From Lytechinus pictus (taxonomy: Eukaryota), in contig NC_087252.1 of the NCBI RefSeq assembly GCF_037042905.1, positions 16,432,001 to 16,496,000 of the forward strand: a stretch of DNA of 64,000 nucleotides, given 5' to 3'. Shown piece by piece: positions 1-12,294 of the stretch (position 1 is the first letter of the stretch; each line of letters starts with the position of its first letter). Below the pieces are notes generated by a model. That model made no database searches, had not been told where the DNA came from, and worked only from the letters and a program-made list of their open reading frames with translations. The translations under genes were made by a program, and so were the position numbers.

Positions 1-550
1 ATATTTTTCCTTTTCACCCGACCATGCTGACAGTGTGGGCTCAGTGTGATTAAAAAAATTCTTACCCACGCCTGAATACTTACTTTTAGAAAGTCAATAT
101 CTTAACGGTAATTGTTTTATTAAAGAAATGAAATCTAAATCTAATTGAAATTTGTCATATACTGAAACCCGAAACGAAAAATCATCAAAAGAAATTGTGA
201 AAGCGTAACTTTGGAAAATATATACCCCACTGCGACTAGGCACACCGACACAAGGACACAACGATATTCAGATCAGTGGCGAGAGATCGGGCGTTCAATA
301 GTTTGCCTAAAACGCCGATATCGTGGACATAGAGGACGCTCATGCAAAAACATCTTTTCGGAGAGCCAACCGGGGGCCGGGGTGTCAAAAGAAAAGATAA
401 AAGTGCACGCTTCCGTTTTCGCTGCAAAAGGGCACGCTGGCGTCTTGAATGGCAAGAGCACTGACCCGTAGGAAAGAAAAATGGCCAATGGCACGCTCAG
501 TGGTTTCGCCGTAGAATATAAAGGAAAAGACGCACACACACTTTTGACAA

Positions 551-579
551 GACGCCTTAGACCACTCGGCCACGGCACC
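551..579 (-). other. tRNA-like 5' half (A-box), probable SINE-head or tRNA fragment
   Basis: Minus strand reads GGTGCCGTGGCCGAGTGGTCTAAGGCGTC, with a Pol III A-box TGGCCGAGTGG. No B-box/T-arm follows. Confidence 0.5.
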
Positions 580-653
580 TCCATTCAATCCATGCGAGAT
601 CATATCGACCGTACATACGATACGCGTACTGTCTACACGGATTGAAAGAAATC

Positions 654-3600
654 ATGGCTGCCGAAGAAGAAGTACCAAGGCCAAGACAGATCAAGTACCA
701 AGTAGGCATACCAAAATCAATTATCGAGACGTATTATCAAGAAGAAGATCAAGATGAAGATCAAGATCAAGTAGACCCTCGGGTTGTAGCATTTGATGAT
801 GAGCAGGTATGTAGTAGATTTATGTACCGGTACCGGTACCTCATTTTTTTCAATTTAGATTAGTTACGGGCAACAAGAGTCCCTGTCGCAAGTTTCTGAC
901 GAGACCAATGAAAAGCCAATTCTGTCAGGGATGCTCCGCTGACTTCGTCTGGCCGCGGCATCCCCTCCGACAGGCGAAACGCCCTGTCAATAGACAGATG
1001 ACGGCCCTTGTTTGGCTTGGGTTCGTAATGCTCCCGGGGGGGGGGGGGGCGGGCACTCAGTATAATGCATAGTGGGTATGTGCCGCGGAGGGGACCCCCA
1101 TTTTTACACTCAAATTTCCGTTCCAAGGCATAGCATTTTTGTCTTATTTGAGAAAAAGAACAAAGAAAGCCGCTCCAAAGCTTCGCATATTTTTCGTTAT
1201 GCCGTTCCGATCGCATTGATCTGCTACAATGAGCTGCAATTTTGGTGAAAAGCGGCCGCAGAGCGCTGTCCGACCATCACCTCTGCGTGAGCGCACCCGG
1301 CGGCACGGCCGTCGGGCTAGCTGCATCATGCACGCTAACCCAGGGAGCTCAGGCCCGCAAAGCGGGCCGGAGCCCAGGCTCGGTGTAAATATTGCAGAGG
1401 TAATTATTAATGGCAGAGGTAAAAATGGCAGAGGTAAAAATGACAGAGGTAAAAATGGCAGAGGTAAAAATGGCAGAGGTAAAAATGGCAGAGGTAAAAA
1501 TGGCAGAGGTAAAAATGGCAAAGGTAATAATGGCAAAGGTAATAATGGCAGAGGTAAAAATGGCAGAGGTAAAAATGGTATAGGTAAAATGGTCTTAAAC
1601 CCCCATGCAAAAAATAAAAACAATAACGGAAAATAATGGAAATTGTAACATTTTTTAAAATCATAGATCGTTTGCACCAAATTGATAATCTTTTGGTTAT
1701 CTTATTTTTTCTGGACTCTCATGGACGGCCTTCTCATGTCAAATCGCTGTACTAATATTCAAATTTGAGCCACACTCTAGATTGCAATTGTACTTAATTC
1801 ATTAAAGGGGAAGCTCAATCTCACATAAACTTCATTGTAGAATAGCCGAAAATATTAAAATGATATTGGTGAGGGTTTTAGGAAATCCATCAAAGATTAA
1901 AGAAACTATACTTTTATGTTTTAACGATGACGTCATTTGAGAGCAGTTTTCCCATATTTGGTGTATAAAAAGATTAATAAAATGTAATTTTCTAGAAAAA
2001 AAAAATCAAAATGGTTTTTATTGTATCTTCAGTATATATCAAGAGACAAATCATTTCACTTACGCTCCTGAAATATTTTTTTTTACAATTATGAACTGTT
2101 TTGTAGTGCATAAAATGTCATGGGGCAGCTTCCCATATATGACGTCACAGACTAAAACTTGATAACTTTCTTGATCTTTGACGGATTTTTCCTCAGACCT
2201 TCACCAATATATTTTCTGCTATTTTCATTATTCATTAGGGCGAACAACCTCTTCAAAACAGCCCCAGAGAATGGTACCTATATAAGAAACACCTACAACT
2301 CTAGGGAATTCGTCCACAAAAAATAATTAGCAAGCAAAAAAAATTCCTCGCTTTAAAGAGGGGGCGCACTTGAGTTGGAACCGCATATTGGCTAAGATTT
2401 TAATTGTACCTCTCAAGGGGTGGGGCACGGACCGGCTGTGCCCCCTGGATCCGCCAGTGACATGATCTCTTCATCATGATCCATCATGATGTGGAAATAA
2501 AGAAAATTACTTATATTACAGAATGTTCGGTTATTTTTTTGTTATCCGGGTTAAATTATGAAAGTAGTCAGAAGTAGACCCGAACTTGAGGGTTAATGGC
2601 TGCACACATTGGTGTTGACATAAAAAAAAAAAGTGGTTGGGTTTGCATGTGAAGCGCTGCTCTGCTTACGAACTTAAGATCCTTTCATCAGTCACTAATT
2701 GAAATCATTTTGGCAAGAAAATGATTGAGTTTAGTCATATAAATGACAAAGTATAGACCTAAAATGACGAAACACAACATAATATTTAATCAGTTCTTAT
2801 TGCCCATTTCGTCGACAAGAGTCCGGTCAAGGATGACAATTAGTATGACGTAGCCTATCTTTATCATCTTTACCTCTGCCATTTTTACCTCTGCCATTAT
2901 TACCTCTGCCATTTTTACCTCTGCCATTTTTACCTCTGCCATTTTTACCTTTGCCATTTTTACCTCTGCCATTATTACCTCTGCCATTTTTACCTCTGCC
3001 ATTTTTACCTCTGCCATTATTACCTCTGCCATTTTTACCTCTGCCATTATTACCTCTGCCATTTTTACCTGGTACCGGAGCCCAGGAGTCCACCGTGCAT
3101 TTACACATAGACACTGGACTATGGTCTCAATAACTTGGAAAGAAAATTGTGAAAACAGAAATTATGCACTTACCACGATTATATGGATGAAGGTCTATCT
3201 TGTGGCAGTGTCCTGACATCGAGGCACAGACTGGAACCTCACAAAAATGAAAAGTTCTCTCCTTCTACCCAGTCTCGATCGGCCATTTTGTTATGAATTT
3301 TGAAAGAATTAGGAAAGGTATCGCGACAGAACTTTTCGTTTGTTTAGGTTCCAGTCTATGCCTCGATGTCGGGATACTGCCACACGATAGACCTTCATCC
3401 ATATAATCGTGGTAAGTGCATAATTTCTGTTTTCACAATTTTCTTTCCAAGTTATTGAGACCACAATCTACCCTAGTCCCGTGTCTATGTGTAAATGCAC
3501 GGTGGACTCCTGGATTCCGGATGCATACGCACTCACACGATGGCGATCCGTTCAAAGGACCCCCGTTTTCACAAACATTTGTAGTTCCGAAGCCTGTTCC

Positions 3601-6600
3601 GAGGACCCTCCTTTTTACAATAAGCCCGCTCCAAGGCCCCCGTTTTTTGTCTCGCCCGCGGCACACCCCTACCACTTTTTTGGTCGAGTACCCCCCCCCC
3701 CCCCCCGGGGTAACGCTGTACTACCTGTAGCCTGTACTAGCCAGGAGCTGCGAGTTTTTGCAAACCTCTGGGACTAATGTTGTAAATCGGATAAAAAATC
3801 AGATCGAAAATCGGATCGGCAGTTAAGCTTCTAAAATCGAAAATCGAATTGTTTAAAAACAAAGGAATACATCAAAATTTTGTTCGCAGTCGCGCGCATC
3901 TTCCTGACAAAGTCACAACGAATGCATTGGAATGGAAGTCGTCAACATGCGCGATCGTTTGGAACATGTTTTAAAAGGGGTTTGGGGTGTTACTGCTTAT
4001 AAAATGAGTGATTTTTATCAGAAAGATAAACGAATGACGCATCTTCCGAGCAAAATGACAACGGAAAATAAAATGAAAATAATTCTCATAGATCACAGGT
4101 CAATGAACGATCGGCGGGACATATCTTATAAGTGTTTTTATGTTAGGTGCTAGCAATTTAGAATTATTGGAATGATCTCTTTATCTTGTACGATGTAAGA
4201 GAGTAGCGCAGTGATGTCCGTCAATAATACGACCTTATTAAGTTCACGGCGGCGTCCGCTATCACCATGAGGTTGAAGAGAAGATGTCTATCATCATAAA
4301 CGATGTAAGAGAGTAGCGCAGTGATGTCCGTCAATATTACAACCTTATTAAGTTCACGGTGGCGTCCGCTATCACCACGAGGTTGAAGAGAAGATGTACA
4401 GTGCGTCCACAAAAAACAAAACCGAGATTTATCGATGATTTATCATAACTTAATCACATACAATAGACAAATGACCTACCATTGTAAAGCTTAGAATCTC
4501 CTCTTTCATCTGAAATTACTTAGATTATATCTCATTCACACATGAGAGAGCAAAAACAATTTGAAGAGGGGAAACCAAAAAGTCATTTGGCGGGCTGTAT
4601 CTAGGTTTCAAAAAGAAAACATTTAAAAAAAGTTCAATATCTGCTCTTTAATTTGATACCTCAATTACAGAAAATGGTCAAGAAATAACAAAGTTCGGGT
4701 TATTTGAAATAAGGCTTGAATTTCAATAATTTCATAAAATGAAGAGGTTGTACAGGCTAGCGTTCAAACTCACTTGACACTCCGTTTTGTTGACGATCAG
4801 CCATGCATTAAGTCTTTTGTTAACCATGCGATAGCTTCTGTGGGAAACGGGTGAAAACGCGTGTATTTAATGAAATTATGGAAATACAAGCATTGTTTCG
4901 AGGGAACATAACTTTTTTACTTCTTGACCATTTCTTGGGATTAAGGTATCAAATAAAAGAGCAGATATTGAACTTTTTAGGCATGTGATTTTCTTTTGAA
5001 ATTCAGATACCCCCCGCCAAATGGGTTTTTGGTATTCTTTCTTCAAATTGTTTTTGCTCATTCATGCGTGAATGAGGAATAATCTAAGTAATATCAGATG
5101 AAAGAGGAGATTCTAAGCTTTACATTGGTAGGTCATTTGTCTATTGTATTTGTGATTAAGTTATGATAAATCATCGCTTAATCTCGGTTTCATTTTTTTC
5201 TGGGACGCACTGTATATCATCATAAAGGGAGAGAGTAGCGCAGTGATGTCCGTTAATAAGACGACCTTTGAAATGTCACGGCGGCGTCCGCTATCCCCAT
5301 GAGGTTGAAGAGAAGATGTCTATCATCATAAACGATGTAAGAGAGTAGCGCAGTGATGTCCGTCAGTAATACGACCTTATCAAGTTCACGGCGGCGTTCG
5401 CTATCACCACAAGGTTGAAGAGAAGATGTCTATCATCATAAACGATGTAAGAGAGTAGCGCAGTGATGTCCGTCAGTAATACGACCTTATCAAGTTCACG
5501 GCGGCGTCCGCTATCACCACGAGGTTGAAGAGAGGATGTCTATCATCATAAACGATGTAAGAGAGTAGCGCAGTGATGTCCGTCAGTAATACGAACTTAT
5601 TAAGTTCACTGCGGCTTCCGCTATCACCACGAGGTTGAAGAGAAGATGTATATCATCATAAACGATGTAAGATAGTAACGCAACGCACTCCGTCAGTAGT
5701 ACGATCTTTAAAAGTTCACGGCGTCTTTCTCCCTCATTAATGCGACCTCTAAATAGCTAGCACCTCAAAAACAATCTTGAAATATGTTCTGATCGATCAC
5801 GCACTGTACATCAATCTAGGCCGATTTTTATATCCGATTTTTTCCTTTAAGGGGCATGATCGAAGATCGAGATCGGCAAGTGATCGCCGATTGTGGTGAA
5901 ATCGAATGGAATCGGTTACAAGCTTATCTGGGACGCTACATTATATTAGGGTCCGGTAACACAAAAGTTAGCGATTATTCATAGACTCGATTTTTAAGAT
6001 TGATCATGTTGATTGTATGGCAGTGTATCCTAATAATATTGCCGGACACGAATTCAGTGCTTTAAAAATGACAAAGATCTAGAGGAAATACAATCAAGAA
6101 AAATTCGCACTTTGCTATTCCATATATTATGAAAATGATAAATATGATGAAATTATTTTATATTTACCAACCGTTTTCTTTGCATCGCACTTGCTACATG
6201 CCCCTCATGAAAAACAATTATTTTCGTGTGTGACAAATTACATCATGATTCCGGACACGCGCCGGTCGGGTAAATATTCTCGATTGACGTAAGAAAGAAT
6301 TGGTGTGAATTTTTCTTTTATATCATATCATGAGTAAATTATAAGTTTTTGATTGGTTTTTTTATATCGAATCTGACCAGATGTTGGTAATATTATGGAT
6401 GCCACTCGCGCGCCGAGAAATTCCTGCCAGTGCGCGCTGCTGATGGTTATCCTCACAAATTCTTGGCAGGAATGATGAAAGTTATTCCAACAATGCAAAA
6501 AAAGTACACATATAACAATAAAAACAATGATACATTAACCTGAAGAAAAATTCTTTCAAGTTCTTATATTTTCATACCCATTGCTGACCCATACATGTAT

Positions 6601-9600
6601 TTCAAGTAAGACTTCGATGAAATCCTACCATAATCAACCCATTCAAACGTAAGATCAGCTGATTCCCATTGATCAAGATTTCAGGTCCGAAAAATTTGAT
6701 CTTAAGCGGGGGTAATCGGGATGTGAAGGGTATTTTGAAACTAAAGTGTTTATTTTGTTTTGTTTCATCATATACTATAATAGAAATATATATCAATCAT
6801 AATAGTCAATGTAAAACGTACTTTGGTTTAATACATCCAGTGAATTATGAATTTTGATGAAATTTTCATTTTCCCCATTCGTGTTAATAATACATGGAAT
6901 TATTTGCTAGACATCTTTCATAATAGTTATATGGTCGTAAAGTGTTTGCTGTGTTTTGTTTCAGTGTAAACTATTATAGAAATATATATATCATGATAAT
7001 CCATGTAAAACTGAATTTACTTTGATTTACATCACATTAAATATAAATTTAGATGAAATTTCACTTTCCCCATTCGTTTTACACATGGACAAATGTCCTG
7101 TACGTCACAGTGCGAACTTTTACATTTTGCGCTATTGCATAAAACAACAAAGAGTTCTATCATTTCATTTATACATGAAAACATGATTATGAGAGATTTC
7201 CAGCTTATTCCAATTCAGAGTTTTAATGACAAACTTTTTAGAATAAAAATCAGTTATTGTCTAGTCCCATACGTCACAGAGCATATTGGTTAAAATATTA
7301 CTTCATTAACCCAATAAGTAGGCTATTTCAGACCAACGTGTACAGGGGGGGGGGGTCAATTTGACCCCCCCCCCCCTCAGATCTCAGCCGTTGATTGCGC
7401 GATCGCTGCAAAAATTTGCATGCGCGTAGAATCAGATGTAAACTGCAAGACCGTATAGTAAATTTTTCAAAAAATTAATTGCTTATATTTTTAATTAGTT
7501 ATTCAAAGCGTATGAAATTTGCCCTAATTTTGTTTTTTTGTGTATGTCTTTGCCTTTAACTTGAAATTCATATAGCTAGTAGAATGCTAATTTTTGGTGC
7601 ACATATAGATTTTGACATTTCTAAAAAATATCTACAAAAAATTGCCCAAAAATAATTAATTTCCTATGAATCTTATTGATTTTTTAATTTATCTGAATTT
7701 CTTTGTTTTTTATTGTTTTTTATGAACTTTGTCGGGGACCCTTTTGCGATCATAAATAACATAAAATAAATCCATCTAAACCAACAAAAGTAAAAATAAT
7801 CATACATTTATGATTTTTGGTTGAAAAACACAATTTGCAATTGCATTGACTTTGTACATGTATTTGAGCAATTTTTGGACCGACATGCACTTGCAAAACA
7901 TCGCATACTTTCGGAACTGCGTACCCGGGCATTGCAAATTTGGTCTCAAAAGATGCGCAAGACTTGAAAGTAAAAAGTCAGCGAGCGGCACGGTAAAAGA
8001 AATTGTGTGCGGTGGCAAAGCAGTAGAAATTTTCGGGGGGTCAAATTGACCCCCCCCCCCTCCAGTTTAATAAGGGTTGATGGAATTATAGATAACTAAT
8101 GTTTTTACTGAATAAAGAGGTCACAACTGGCAGGCCTTCCAAAATCCATAAAAGATTTTCTATTGTGCTTTTATTCTTATTTTTATTTTTTTTACAATTT
8201 TAAAATCTCTAGATTTCATGTACATCATAAGTCAAATAGATTGGTCCTGCCCCATTGCAATTTTTACATGGGAAGCCTGTTTACCATAAATCAGTGATGT
8301 TAATTGTCAATATTCTACAATGTTAAGGTTGTTGACCTTTGCCAGCTCTCCGGGGTCAAAGGTCAAGCATAATGCACACCAATTATGCCATTGAATCAAT
8401 ATTAAATAACTATTGCAACAAAACCATGTTATCATGAACTAATGATGCATAAACATCAATATTTTCATATTTAGAGGTCGTTGACCTTAAGTTTATTGAC
8501 CTCTAGAGGTCAGCAGGGGTAATTTCTGACTTGAATCCTAATTTCAAGATGAAGCTTGTGGCAAGATATAACTATTGTAGGAGTGTAATGCTTTAATCGT
8601 AATTTTGAAAAGTGCTATGATCAGACCAGTGTTTGTATACTGCCAATTATCCTGAAAAGTTTGCACGATAGCCGCCAATTTATGCAAATTTGACATCTTT
8701 CCACCACTTGGATTTTTCTTGACTTTTAGTATGTCACTTTGGGGACTTCATGGAAATGCATTGTGATGAAGAAAATTGTGTTGCAATTTGTCTGAGGTCA
8801 AACCTTATTTTTCCTGGACTGTAGGAAGAAATAGAGAATTCTTCTTCCCTGCTATGCTGCATCACGATAGAGATATCAGCAGCAACACATTGAAAAGTTA
8901 GCCAACGTGTAATACAAACTTTGTGCACATCTGCGATTATCTGGTGCTCGCTGCCAATGCTATTGGTGAAAATAATTGTTTGTAAACTTGTCACATAGAA
9001 CACTTCCCTGGGAAGTTTGGCTCATGCTGGTTAACAAAATGTTATTTTCAACGTTTTTGAATTTCTTCAGATTACGATCATGCACGCTCGCAGAGGTGCT
9101 GTAGCTCCTGTTCATTTAAAAGTGTTTCCCAAGAAATATATTCTACGACTGTCAGATGTAAAGGCAGCTGATATAATGGTACAGTAAATGCTTTGAATAA
9201 CTTCTTAACATCCTATTAAATAAATACATGTGTGGCAAACATGTAGAAAATTCAACTGAATAGCATTGAAGTGGAAATTATGCAAACTTTGAATAGTTGG
9301 AGTTGAAGGTTATCAGTCATGATGTCATGTAACTCTAACTATACCCACAATGACGATGCCCTACTCATCTATAATTCAATCTTGCAGCTAGAGCAGGTAC
9401 TTTTTTAAGTGAAAATGAGAAAAGGACTCCTACACCATAATAAATTCAAAATCAACTTGAAGTTTAATTCGTCATGAGGACGAATTAGGTGATCTGTCTC
9501 TGATTTTATGATCAGGAAGACAATCAGCATGTTTATTGAGATCAATATGATCATCATGATGAAAACTGAACTTCTCTTACGAAAAGAACCAACCACGTAG

Positions 9601-12294
9601 CCAGGATTTCATTTTGGAGGGGGCGGTAAATGCACGAGATGCGTGTCAACGCTTACAGAGCGCGCGAAGCGCGCTCCCTAGGGGGTGGGTGCAGGGAGGG
9701 GGAGTTTCCCCCTCCCGCGCGAAGCTTTTGGTGTTTCATAAATTAAAATGAAAAGGAGTCGTCTCTCTTGTCTCTAGTATCTATATCAGCTCCAATTCAG
9801 TTGACTATATTGTGATTGTGAACCTGGTTTTCATGAACCTTGTTTTCAAAAAAAGATTGTGAACGCACAAAAAAGGAATACAATGGAGGAAATTAAAATG
9901 ATAATAACCCTGCGCGAAGTGCGGAAGCTAAAGCGTTTTATCAATTTTTTGCCATGAGGAAGATATTCCTCCCCGCGCAGAGCAACGTAACTGAAATTTC
10001 AAAGGGCGGATATTTCATCAAAATAATGCAGATATCTCCAATACCCCATAGGCTCTAATTCAATTAATTTTCTAAGATTATTGAACTTCATTTAAAGGAA
10101 AATAGTGCGCAAAAGGTTGAAACTTCTGTGATTTATTGAAATTATATAAAAAGGATGCCTAATTTCTTTGACTTATCCTGAAGCGCTTCATTTTGAATCA
10201 TAAAGAAACTTAAGAGTCATTCAAAATTTCAAACTGAGGGCAAAAAACAGGACAGGAGATGAATGTACAGGGAAATGACATGAAGTTGAATAGAATTTGA
10301 TAAAAAATATTGTACTTTTTTATTTAATACCCTTATACGATACGAATTTTATACCTTCCTCTTTTTGGATTAGGAACCTGTTTGCCCCAAAAATTATGGT
10401 TGTTTAGTAATGAGCTGAAAAGCGGGAGAAGTTGACTTTATGGAGGTGACGGCAGAAATTGATATAAAGATTTACCCGCCCGGAGCCGACCCGACCAGAA
10501 GTTGCGCGATCAAAAAAAAAAAAAAAGATAACTTCATATACTTCGGCCTAACCTTACTCTAATTCCATGCCCTAATGTATACATTTAAACTTTAACTGGC
10601 AGTAAACACATATAGCTGAGGTAGAAAAACGGGGTTAGAGAAAGGGTGGGGGAAACAATTGACGAATCAGGTCATTTTAAGCATTTCAAAAATTTGCTCG
10701 CGCACGGTTACGCGCGCGAGAACGAGCGTAACTGCACTATACAACATAGGATCGGCATTTTTTAAAATATCAATGCATTGATAATATAATTCTGAGTAAT
10801 TTGATACCTTGATCAACCTTCTACGACAAGTAATAACGGAATTAGCCTCCATTAAAGTTTACAGCACGCGCACTAACCATAGACAATATATGTGCAAAAA
10901 CATGCCTATACAAAACTCATTATAGCTCTTCAGGTAGTCCGTTGACCCCCAATTTTTTTTTCATATTCGAATAGAGTATGGATGGGAGATATGATTTCAT
11001 GTCACATTTGACCCGAAATTTTATCATGACGTCATCAAAATGGCGTCGGAACTCAAAATTCCCATTTTGCTACTTATGACGTCATCATAATTATGCAAAT
11101 TTGACTCTAACTCCATAAATATTGGTCAATTTTTGCTCAGTTTCTTATATATTGTAGCTGAGGACTCACTCTATCTAATGAGTTGGCATTTTTACATTTT
11201 AAGGAACGGATTATCCCTGAAAATGTCGATTTATAGGGGTATGTCATTTTCGCTCATTTTGTGTGCAATCTCTATGGGAAATGACTTTTTCTCCAAACTG
11301 GATTTTACATTCCTCTATTTCGCGAGCCATATCTCCATTTCTTTTTGTTGATTTTCTCTGAGCTTGGAGTATGTTGTAGCTGAGATTGTAAGCAATCGCT
11401 AATGTGGTCTTCATTTTCCGATCAGATGCCGGGATCATGCCCGTATTTCACTTGCAAAATTGGATTTGAGATCCTCTTGTTTTGCTTATGCGTAAGTCTA
11501 TGGGAAGTGTGTAGCTCAATGGGTAAGGCATGAACATTGCGTCCTCAGGGTCCAGGGTTCGAGCCCAGGGGGCCGGGGTGAACATGATATTTTTTTTTTT
11601 TTTCTTTTCAACATTTCACAAATGGTCCTTTATGACCATAACAATGTATATTAAATAAAACATTGGACAATAAAAGAGATTAAAATCCCTTTTAATGTAC
11701 AATGTTCCTGTACAATATGTGTATGACCTACACTTTTTCAAACAACTTTTTCATTTCCCTCTTTTTCAAGAGTATTCAACACGTTCTTTTCGTAAGAGAA
11801 GTTCAGTTTTCATCATGATGATCATATTGATCTCAATAAACATGCTGATTGTCTTCCTGATCATGAAATCAGAGACAGATCACCTAATTCGTCCTCATGA
11901 CGAATTAAAATTCTAGTTATTTTTCTTTTAATGAGAGTTTCACAAGCTGTTTGCAGGATGTGATACATGTATATGCATTCTGCAGTCTTTGTAGGATCTG
12001 AAATCTATGCACAAAAAAATTAAGTTATTTTCAAGACTTGTTCTTTTAATTGTTTTATTACAATTCAATGGCAACAGTTTTGTTCTTTTCTAACCATTTT
12101 CCCTATTCACCAATTATACTCAGCTTCTTGGTAAGATGATGTACACTGCTCATAAGGTTGCACAGGAACAGGGACTGACAGATGGTTATCGTTTAGTGAT
12201 TAATCATGGAAGGTTTGGCTGCGAGTCTCAGAGATATTTGAAATTCCATGTCATAGGTGGCAAACAATTGCAATGGCCTCCAACAAAAAGATGA
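654..12294 (+). CDS. HINT-family (histidine triad nucleotide-binding) protein, 3 exons, 143 aa, degenerate HIT motif
   Basis: Exons: 654-806 (ATCATGG start, CAG|GTATGT), 9071-9178 (ttcttcag|...ATG|GTACAG), 12124-12294 (cag|...TGA). All junctions are phase 0 and total 432 nt. Exon 2 APVHLKVFPKKYI and exon 3 LLGKMM...GLTDGYRLVINHGRFGCESQRYLKFHVIGGKQLQWPP match HINT1/2 (APTHFLVIPKKHI; LLGHLM...GYRMVVNEG...HVHLHVLGGRQMHWPPG). Exon 1 assignment (MAAEEE...VVAFDDEQ vs MADEI...IIFEDDR) is weaker. Confidence 0.85.
1377..3076. mobile_element. Foldback-type non-autonomous DNA transposon with 15-bp subterminal tandem arrays and 8-bp TSD
   Basis: TSD GGAGCCCA at 1369-1376 and 3077-3084; GG...CC termini. 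(AATGGCAGAGGTAAA)n at ~1409-1590 and its reverse complement at ~2868-3070. Confidence 0.85.
1806..2252. mobile_element. Degenerate TTAA-targeted MITE (Kolobok-like AGGGGAAG terminus)
   Basis: TTAA|AGGGGAAGCTCA at the left end; GCGAACAACCTCT|TCAA at the right end; internal inverted symmetry. Confidence 0.45.
4190..5720 (+). repeat. 110-bp tandem repeat array, interrupted by a MITE
   Basis: GAGTAGCGCAGTGATGTCCGTC...GGTTGAAGAGAAGATG recurs at 4201, 4311, then ~5233, 5343, 5453 and 5563. A related copy with shared downstream flank lies at ~50760-51120. Confidence 0.9.
4399..5212. mobile_element. Tc1/mariner-type MITE (TA TSD, ~300-bp TIRs)
   Basis: TA|CAGTGCGTCC ... GGACGCACTG|TA, with long inverted arms. 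Removing it restores the 110-bp repeat unit. Confidence 0.9.
7310..8076. mobile_element. piggyBac-like MITE
   Basis: TTAA|CCC ... GGG|TTGA (one TSD mismatch). The palindromic GGGGTCAA(A)TTTGACCCC motif occurs near both ends. Confidence 0.6.
9591..10660 (+). repeat. Dispersed ~1.1-kb repeat, copy 1 (copy 2 at ~55272-56390)
   Basis: Both copies begin AACC(A/G)CGTAGCCAGGATTT and are collinear through GGGTTAGAGAAAGGGT. Confidence 0.85.
11507..11580 (+). other. tRNA-derived Pol III promoter-like sequence (SINE head or pseudo-tRNA)
   Basis: A-box TAGCTCAATGG and B-box GGTTCGAGCCC at tRNA-like spacing, followed by a T-run. No convincing acceptor stem. Confidence 0.55.

Larger units (their letters stand above)
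1033..3709. mobile_element. Non-autonomous element with CCC(G)n...(C)nGGG termini and an internal palindrome
   Basis: CCCGGGGG... at 1033 and ...CCCCCGGG at 3709, with weakly complementary subtermini. Internal inverted arms ~3081-3240 and ~3350-3512. No matching TSD read. Confidence 0.5.
9454..11918. mobile_element. Element bounded by ~135-bp inverted repeats in HINT intron 2
   Basis: 9454-9590 is the near-perfect reverse complement of 11783-11918. No TSD identified. Confidence 0.7.

Noticed and set aside
1144..3133. ORFs such as (GRGKN)n, (FLPLP)n, (MAEVK)n and (CHFYL)n
   Set aside because: They are translations of 15-bp subterminal arrays, open in several frames and on both strands.
4190..5720. 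CRISPR-like appearance of this array and the 125-bp array at 17961-18722
   Set aside because: The units are wholly repeated with no unique spacers, there are no cas genes, and the context is eukaryotic.
7265..7309. Alternative HINT first exon (QSILVKILLH)
   Set aside because: It hits a stop in every frame even after removing the adjacent MITE, and has no suitable donor; 654-806 fits better.
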